Made by a program: the position numbers and the translations under genes
NCBI GenBank assembly: GCA_049664145.1
Contig: JBATES010000252.1
Span: forward strand, 3,371 to 67,370
DNA from: Smithella sp.
GTDB lineage: Bacteria > Desulfobacterota > Syntrophia > Syntrophales > Smithellaceae
Direction of reading: 5' to 3'
DNA: 64,000 bases
Part shown: positions 57,935 to 64,000 of the stretch, in pieces
How the letters are laid out: each line of letters opens with the position of its first letter
Numbering within the stretch: the first letter of the stretch is position 1
The notes under the pieces: model-generated
Databases searched by the model: none
Told to the model about the DNA's origin: nothing
Seen by the model: only the letters and a program-made list of their open reading frames with translations

Positions 57935-59121
57935 TTACCCTCCATGACCTCATCAAGCATTTGCATGGCCTGATCAACGTCCTGTGTTGTAATAATCAAA
58001 GGCGGGACAAACCGAATCGTTTTCCCTCCGGTAGAATTGATCAGCAATCCTTTCTGCAGACATTCATTGATAATATCACCCGCTTCATTATCAAGCTCCG
58101 CTGCCAGCATCAGCCCTCTTCCCCTGACTTTCCTGATGATTTTATGTTTTTGCTGCAGCTTTTTTAATGCTGATAAGAGATAGTCTCCTGTTTTCATGCA
58201 ATGAGCCAGTATGTCTTCGTTTAAAATAGTTTTCATAACCGCAGTGGCCGCGGCCATAGCTAAAGGATTACCTCCAAACGTGGAGGCATGATTACCGGGA
58301 ACAAACGCCTTTGCTATTTTATCGGTGGCCAGCATCGCTCCGACAGGCAGACCATTGCCCAATGCTTTGGCCAGCGTCATGATATCCGGCTGGATGCCGG
58401 AATATTCATAGGCAAAAAGTTTGCCGGTTCGTCCCATACCGGTTTGGACTTCATCGACAATCAATAAAATGCCGTGCCGGTCACAGATTTCCCGCACAGA
58501 AGCCAGATAATGGTCATCGGGGATATTAACGCCACCTTCTCCCTGAATCGGTTCCAGCATGACCCCGCAAGTCTGATCACCGATAGCCGCTTCCAGAGCT
58601 TTCAAATCATTGAAAGGCACGTACTGAAAACCAGCCAGCAGGGGTGTGAAACCAAATTGAAATTTTTCCTGGCCGGTGGCCGTAATTGTTGCCATGGTCC
58701 GCCCATGGAAAGAATCCTTCATGGTAATGAGTTCAAATTTATCCGGCCCCATGTTTTCATGAGCATATTTTCGCGCCAGTTTGATTGCCGCTTCATTGGC
58801 TTCCGCGCCGCTGTTGCAAAAGAAGACTTTGTCCGCGAAAGAATGATCAACCAGCAGTTTCGCGAGTTGAGCCTGTGGTTCGGTATAATATAAATTGGAA
58901 ACATGCGTTAACTTGTCCAGTTGTTCTTTAACCGCATGAATAACCTGCGGATGAGAATGCCCCAGTGAACAGACAGCTATACCCGCCACAAAATCGAGAT
59001 ATTCTTTCCCGTTGATATCCCACACCCTGGCGCCGGATCCTTTGACCAGAACCACAGGGAAACGCCTGTAGGTATTCATGATATTTTCATTAGCTAAAGC
59101 CATTGTTTCTTTTTTATGCAT
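57931..59121 (-). CDS. argD: Acetylornithine aminotransferase
   Basis: Class-III aminotransferase motifs (FCNSGAEANE, DEVQTGMGRTG, TLAKALGNG). The start may be ATG 59103. Confidence 0.9.
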   Translation of the reverse strand: MHKKETMALANENIMNTYRRFPVVLVKGSGARVWDINGKEYLDFVAGIAVCSLGHSHPQVIHAVKEQLDKLTHVSNLYYTEPQAQLAKLLVDHSFADKVFFCNSGAEANEAAIKLARKYAHENMGPDKFELITMKDSFHGRTMATITATGQEKFQFGFTPLLAGFQYVPFNDLKALEAAIGDQTCGVMLEPIQGEGGVNIPDDHYLASVREICDRHGILLIVDEVQTGMGRTGKLFAYEYSGIQPDIMTLAKALGNGLPVGAMLATDKIAKAFVPGNHASTFGGNPLAMAAATAVMKTILNEDILAHCMKTGDYLLSALKKLQQKHKIIRKVRGRGLMLAAELDNEAGDIINECLQKGLLINSTGGKTIRFVPPLIITTQDVDQAMQMLDEVMEGK

Positions 59122-59149
59122 GCTTTTATCTTTCCTTTTCTCTGATGAA

Positions 59150-60040
59150 CTATAAAACGATTTCCGTGCCTATTCCTTTATCCGTAAACATCTCCAGCAA
59201 AATGGCATGTTTTAATCTGCCGTCAATGATGTGCGCTTTTTTCACCCCGCCTTTGAGAGCCTTCAGACAACACTTGATTTTCGGAAACATTCCGCCTTCA
59301 ACCGTTCCGTTATCAATTAAAACCAATGCCTCATTGTTCGTCATGGTATGAATCAGTTGTTTATCTTTACCCAGTACACCCGGCACATCGGTTAACAATA
59401 ATAGTTTTTCCGCCTGCAGAGCGGCGGCGATTTCACCCGCGACCACATCAGCATTGATATTATACGTCTCACCGTTGTCACCAATGCCTGTCGGCGCAAT
59501 AACAGGAATGAAGTTGTTTTGCGCCAAAGAAATAATTAATTGCGAATTGATGTTCTTGACCTTGCCCACCAGGCCGATGTCAATAATCTCCGGTGGCGTA
59601 TGTTTCGCCTTTTCCTCGTTCAGAAAATATTTTTCCGCGTTAATCAGATTGCCGTCTTTACCGCTCAGCCCCACAGCATTGCCGCCATGCCGGTTAATCA
59701 GACCAACTATTTCTTTGTTGACCATGCCGACCAGAACCATTTCCACGATATTCATGGTTTCTGCATCGGTAACCCGCATGCCCTGGATGAATTTCGATTC
59801 CTTACCGAACTTTTTTAAATGTTCTCCGATCTGCGGACCGCCGCCATGAACGACCACGGGATTGAGACCGATATACTTCATCATCACCACGTCTTGAGCA
59901 AATTTGTTCTTCAACTCGTCGTCGATCATGGCATGACCGCCGTATTTGATGACGATGGTCTTGTTATAAAACCGCCTGATATACGGAAGCGTTTCCAGCA
60001 GGATGTCCGCCCGCTCAATTGAATTAGCAATATTTTCCAT
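59150..60040 (-). CDS. argB: Acetylglutamate kinase
   Basis: [28 protein letters not shown]. Confidence 0.95.
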   Translation of the reverse strand: MENIANSIERADILLETLPYIRRFYNKTIVIKYGGHAMIDDELKNKFAQDVVMMKYIGLNPVVVHGGGPQIGEHLKKFGKESKFIQGMRVTDAETMNIVEMVLVGMVNKEIVGLINRHGGNAVGLSGKDGNLINAEKYFLNEEKAKHTPPEIIDIGLVGKVKNINSQLIISLAQNNFIPVIAPTGIGDNGETYNINADVVAGEIAAALQAEKLLLLTDVPGVLGKDKQLIHTMTNNEALVLIDNGTVEGGMFPKIKCCLKALKGGVKKAHIIDGRLKHAILLEMFTDKGIGTEIVL

Positions 60041-60053
60041 TTTTCTATCTCCG

Positions 60054-61454
60054 TTATAAAATGTACCGGCTTAAATCCTGATCCTCTATGATGCCGTTCA
60101 ATTTATCCTCCACGTGCTGGGCGTCGATCACTATTTCCTTCTTCTCCATATCCGGAGCATCAAAAGAAATGTCGTCCAATAACTTTTCCATAATCGTGTA
60201 GAGTCTGCGCGCCCCGATATTCTCAGTACTTTCATTGACCAGTGTTGCCATTTCCGCAATGGTGGCTATGGCTTCTTCGGTAAAGGATAACTTCAATCCT
60301 TCCGTCGCCATCATTTCTGTATATTGTTTAACCAGAGCGTTATTCGGCTCCGTGAGAATCCGAATAAACTCTTCTTTGCCCAGAGAGTCAAGCTCCACGC
60401 GAATCGGAAAACGTCCCTGAAGCTCCGGAATCAGATCAGACGGTTTTGTTCCGGAAAAAGCTCCGGCTGCGATAAACAGAATATGATCCGTTCTCACCAT
60501 CCCGTAACGCGTATTGACATTGGAACCTTCTACAATCGGCAGTAAATCTCTCTGCACACCTTCTCTAGAGACATCCGGACCGTGCTGAGAATCACCGCCG
60601 ACAATTTTATCAATTTCATCCAGAAAAATGATTCCCGATTGTTCAACCCTGTCCAGTGCCGTTCTGGTGACTTTTTCCATATCAATCAATTTTTGAGCTT
60701 CTTCCGCTTCCAGAATTTCCAGGGCTTCCGGCACCTTGACGTTTCTTCTTTTTTTCTTCTGCGGCATCATATTACCGAGCATGTCTTTCAGATTGAGTCC
60801 CATGTCTTCCATCCCGGCAGCGGAAAATATTTCGATCATGGGTCCGCTTCTGGTTTCCGATACTTCCAGCTCCACCATTTTCTCGTCGAACTTTCCCTCA
60901 TTCAGCCATCGACGCATTTTTTCTCTGGAGGAATCATTCTTCTTGAGCTGTTCATCATCGGAATCGATGGTTAACTCCTGCTCTTCCCGTTGATGATCGT
61001 TGAGGATATCTCCCACATTTTTTTCTACCGGACGGGGAGGCAGTAAAAGATCAAGCAGTCTTTCTTCGGCAATTTCCGCCGCCTTCGCCTGAACACTTTC
61101 CTGCTCCTCAGCCTTAACCATATTAATTGAAAGTTCGACCAGATCTCGCACCATGGACTCGACATCTCGGCCGACATAACCGACTTCGGTAAATTTAGAA
61201 GCTTCAATTTTCAAAAAAGGTGAATTATCCAGCTTTGCCAGGCGGCGGGCAATTTCCGTTTTGCCAACGCCGGTCGGCCCGATCATAATAATATTTTTCG
61301 GTGAAATTTCATCAGCCAAGTCTTGCGTAACATTTTGCCTGCGCCATCTGTTACGCAAAGCGATGGCCACCGCCCTCTTCGCTTCCAACTGGCCGATGAT
61401 ATGGTGATTGAGCTTTTCGACTATTTCCCGGGGTTTCAACCCTTGATTTGACAT
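60054..61454 (-). CDS. hslU: ATP-dependent protease ATPase subunit HslU
   Basis: [15 protein letters not shown] Walker [10 protein letters not shown] Walker B, intermediate I-domain. Confidence 0.95.
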   Translation of the reverse strand: MSNQGLKPREIVEKLNHHIIGQLEAKRAVAIALRNRWRRQNVTQDLADEISPKNIIMIGPTGVGKTEIARRLAKLDNSPFLKIEASKFTEVGYVGRDVESMVRDLVELSINMVKAEEQESVQAKAAEIAEERLLDLLLPPRPVEKNVGDILNDHQREEQELTIDSDDEQLKKNDSSREKMRRWLNEGKFDEKMVELEVSETRSGPMIEIFSAAGMEDMGLNLKDMLGNMMPQKKKRRNVKVPEALEILEAEEAQKLIDMEKVTRTALDRVEQSGIIFLDEIDKIVGGDSQHGPDVSREGVQRDLLPIVEGSNVNTRYGMVRTDHILFIAAGAFSGTKPSDLIPELQGRFPIRVELDSLGKEEFIRILTEPNNALVKQYTEMMATEGLKLSFTEEAIATIAEMATLVNESTENIGARRLYTIMEKLLDDISFDAPDMEKKEIVIDAQHVEDKLNGIIEDQDLSRYIL

Positions 61455-61457
61455 ATT

Positions 61458-62039
61458 TTACTTTTTCCCCTTGTCCTTACTTTTTTTATCTATTTCTTCA
61501 CTTTGAATATCCAGTTCTTCAATCGTAATCCGATCATTCGTATAAATACAGATCTCGGATGCTATTTTCATGGCTTCTTTGGCGATTTCCGTCGCTGACA
61601 AATCTGAATGACGCAAAAACGCCCGCGCCGCTGCCAGGGCGAAAGGACCTCCGGAGCCGATGGCCATCACATCATCATCGGCTTCGATGACATCGCCGTT
61701 TCCCGAGATGATCAGAGAGTTATCCTTGTTAACGGCAATCATCAAAGCTTCGAGATGCCTTAAAACACGGTCAGTACGCCAGTCTTTCGTCAACTCTACT
61801 GCGGCTCTCAATAAATTTCCGTTGTATTGCTCCAGTTTCTGATCAAACCGGTCAAAAAGAGTAAAGGCATCCGCTGTGGCACCGGCGAAACCGACGATGA
61901 CTTCGTTGTTGTAAAGACGTCGAACTTTGCGCGCCCCGTGTTTCAAGATGGTGGTATCCAACGTTACTTGGCCATCACCGGCAACCGTTATCATACCGTT
62001 TCGCTTAACTGCTAATATTGTTGTCCCTCTGATCTTCAT
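61458..62039 (-). CDS. hslV: ATP-dependent protease subunit HslV
   Basis: [10 protein letters not shown]...GDGQVT...[10 protein letters not shown]. Five residues (MKIRG) precede the catalytic Thr, and the C-terminal tail is Lys-rich. Confidence 0.95.
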   Translation of the reverse strand: MKIRGTTILAVKRNGMITVAGDGQVTLDTTILKHGARKVRRLYNNEVIVGFAGATADAFTLFDRFDQKLEQYNGNLLRAAVELTKDWRTDRVLRHLEALMIAVNKDNSLIISGNGDVIEADDDVMAIGSGGPFALAAARAFLRHSDLSATEIAKEAMKIASEICIYTNDRITIEELDIQSEEIDKKSKDKGKK

Positions 62040-62073
62040 TGTGTTTCCTCAAAAAAACAGGTTTATAAAATTA

Positions 62074-62991
62074 TCATTTTTTCTGTGTTCGTGGATGAGC
62101 TTTATCATAAACTTCCATCATTCGGTTAATGTCCACCGCCGTATATTTCTGCGTTGTCGAAAGACTCTCGTGCCCCAGCAATTCCTGAATCGAACGCAAA
62201 TCAGCCCCGGCATTCAAAAGATGCGTGGCAAAGCTGTGTCTCAAGGCGTGCGGACTTATTTTCCTTCCAATACCGCTTTTTTCAGTTAACTGATCAACGA
62301 TTCGCGCAATGCTTCTTGTCGTTATTCTTTCGCCACGGACGTTCAAAAACAAAGGCCTTTTGAAAACCTCTTTTTCTCGATTTGTTTGTATCGCGTCAAT
62401 CGTATCCAGATATTGACGAACGGATTTCAACGCCGGTTCACCAACCGGTACGATTCTTTCCTTTCTACCCTTGCCTCTCACCTTCACCAACTTTTGATTA
62501 AAGTCAATGTCCAATACATCCAGCCCAACCAGCTCACTGAGTCGTAACCCGCAGGAATAAAACATTTCCATGACGGCTTGATTGCGCAAACCTGAAACTG
62601 AATTATCCTGCCGCACCTTTAAAATCTCCAGCATTTCATCAACGGAAAGAAAATTGGGCATATACTTTTCTATTTTAAGCGTCTGCACCGTTTCGGCGGG
62701 ATTCTTGCCAATCTTTCCCGTGCGTAAAACATATTTATAAAATGCTCTCAGCGATGATACCTTGCGATTGACCGTAACCTTTTTAACCTTTTGAAAATAA
62801 AGGCGACTGAGATATTGCCTGATCATCTCCGGTTCGATGTTTATTATTTCTTCCTGATGATGAATGTATTTATGATCGATCAGAAATTCGGCAAATTCTT
62901 TAAGATCTGCAACATACGCTGTTTCGGTATTTCTGGAAACATTTTTTTCAACTTTCAGATAAGTTTGAAAATCATGAATGATACTTCCCAT
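62074..62991 (-). CDS. xerC: Tyrosine recombinase XerC
   Basis: R...HALRHSFATHLL...LLGHESLSTTQKYT catalytic motifs. Conserved position upstream of hslVU. Confidence 0.85.
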   Translation of the reverse strand: MGSIIHDFQTYLKVEKNVSRNTETAYVADLKEFAEFLIDHKYIHHQEEIINIEPEMIRQYLSRLYFQKVKKVTVNRKVSSLRAFYKYVLRTGKIGKNPAETVQTLKIEKYMPNFLSVDEMLEILKVRQDNSVSGLRNQAVMEMFYSCGLRLSELVGLDVLDIDFNQKLVKVRGKGRKERIVPVGEPALKSVRQYLDTIDAIQTNREKEVFKRPLFLNVRGERITTRSIARIVDQLTEKSGIGRKISPHALRHSFATHLLNAGADLRSIQELLGHESLSTTQKYTAVDINRMMEVYDKAHPRTQKK

Positions 62992-63030
62992 AACATCTAT
63001 ACCAGCTATTGATCAAACATGACCAGTATC

Positions 63031-63140
63031 CCGCTTCGCTGCGCTCGTTTTCAGCTTGTCTCAAATCCCCATTCGCTTCGCTCAGAGGATAATTCGTCCC
63101 AAATTTCAGAAGCGAAGCGCACTGAAATTTGGGACGAATT
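63031..63140. repeat. REP-like intergenic repeat family, locus B, with a 19-bp perfect-stem hairpin
   Basis: CCGCTTCGCTGCGCTC (63031-63046) matches 21879-21894 at 14/16. TTCAGCTTGTCTCA (63050-63063) is identical to 21849-21862. Hairpin: AATTCGTCCCAAATTTCAG (63091-63109) / CTGAAATTTGGGACGAATT (63122-63140). Confidence 0.65.
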
Positions 63141-63639
63141 ACATTTTATATTTGCCAAAATCTTCCGCTGAAAGATTTTCCAGAAATTCCTTGATCTTTT
63201 CCCCCTTCAACTTGTCCAGATCATTAAGCTTGATTCCGAAATCAATAGTGCGCGATTTTTCGATGACATTCTCATCAACAAATATCGGCGCATGCATTCT
63301 TAATGCTATGGCAAGAGCGTCACTGGGTCGCGCATCAATGACAAAATCCTGTCCGTTCCTGATTAAATAAATATTTGCAAAAAAAGTGTTGTTGCGAATA
63401 TCAATAATTTCAATTCTAGTCACAGTCACATCAAAAGATTTTAAAAATTCAGTGAACAAATCATGGGTCATCGGGCGCGGGAAAACAATATTTTCAAGTT
63501 CCGTGGCAATAGCGCTCGCCTCAAACAAACCTATCCAGATCGGAATGGCTTTATTGTTACTCATATCTTTCAATATAACGATTGGCGTATTGGTAATAGG
63601 ATCAATCGTTAATCCTGATATTTTCATTTCAATCAGCAA
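63139..63639 (-). CDS. Bifunctional nuclease (BFN/DUF151) family protein
   Basis: ISGLTIDPITNTPIVILKD...IPIWIGLFEASAIA...RPMTHDL. TTG start lies 6 nt after AAGGAGG. Confidence 0.75.
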   Translation of the reverse strand: MLIEMKISGLTIDPITNTPIVILKDMSNNKAIPIWIGLFEASAIATELENIVFPRPMTHDLFTEFLKSFDVTVTRIEIIDIRNNTFFANIYLIRNGQDFVIDARPSDALAIALRMHAPIFVDENVIEKSRTIDFGIKLNDLDKLKGEKIKEFLENLSAEDFGKYKM

Positions 63640-64000
63640 GGTCGACCTCCTTGAGTTCTGATTATTATTTTACATCTCAGTAAATGTAAACAAATTTCTT
63701 TATGTACAATTTATTAAATTTGTCTACAGGATTTAGTGTCACTTTGAATAAAATCCCGTGTGTTTGTCTCACTTTTGATGCTTGAAAAAAAGATATTGGA
63801 TCAAACCTGATTTTTTTCATCATGTCAAATATTTCTTGGTTATCTCTTTCCTTTTTATATTTGCTTGCCATACCCAAAAATCGTCCAAAGGAAGGTCATT
63901 TTTTCCATTAAAAACTACTCGAGAAATTAATCAAAATGGAACGCTCAGTTCGGGAAATAAATGATTTCATTTATGCACAGCATTTCAGATTCCCTCATAA

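Noticed and set aside
62074-62991. Tyrosine recombinase as the integrase of a mobile element
   Set aside because: It sits in the conserved xerC-hslV-hslU context and has XerC-type motifs. It is not flanked by a tRNA, direct repeats or cargo genes.
63677-63877. 66-aa Lys-rich ORF on the minus strand near the window end
   Set aside because: It lies in AT-rich DNA with no SD sequence and no recognisable domain. Its composition is as expected from translating AT-rich non-coding sequence.

Overview
This 64-kb window reads as a gene-dense, mostly housekeeping chromosomal segment. It probably comes from an anaerobic Desulfobacterota-type (deltaproteobacterial) genome. That placement is an inference from three things: an AhbA/AhbB-type siroheme decarboxylase next to hemL, the xerC-hslVU-argBDFGH-dapAB synteny, and several ferredoxin/CoA enzymes. 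I support about 65 CDSs, 2 tRNAs (Gly-GCC, Cys-GCA), several intrinsic terminators, one strong tRNA promoter and a few repeats. Main content, in order: a four-subunit 2-oxoacid:ferredoxin oxidoreductase; a split F0 ATP synthase locus (atpE detached from atpZ-atpI-atpB); hemL, gmd and fcl; a 1421-aa fused double-activase/dehydratase-like protein; mobA; a valS-nadC-birA-coaX-coaE-cam operon; miaA and mutL; two NDP-forming acyl-CoA synthetase paralogs; a PAS-GGDEF / ABC-2 / HDAC-like / PilZ neighbourhood; rfbD and truA; an acyl-CoA carboxyltransferase; gltX, ispDF, a PIN-TRAM protein and carD; copZ-copA; ygiQ; and a roughly 13-kb co-directional xerC-to-tRNA supercluster. I saw no CRISPR array, rRNA, transposase, phage genes or recognisable defence system, and I cannot point to a convincing new multi-gene system. 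The most unexplained signals are at the DNA level. First, a structured hairpin-repeat family occurs in two intergenic spacers (about 21.77-21.90 kb and 63.03-63.14 kb), with a compensatory stem change and conserved loop and core motifs. Second, a roughly 20-30-nt imperfect direct repeat brackets the ahb-hemL-gmd-fcl block that separates atpE from atpZIB. Poorly characterised proteins include the giant activase fusion and a zinc-ribbon protein with a C-terminal J-domain. All calls rest on by-eye motif recognition and the supplied ORF track. Start codons were adjusted by eye, and no database searches were run.
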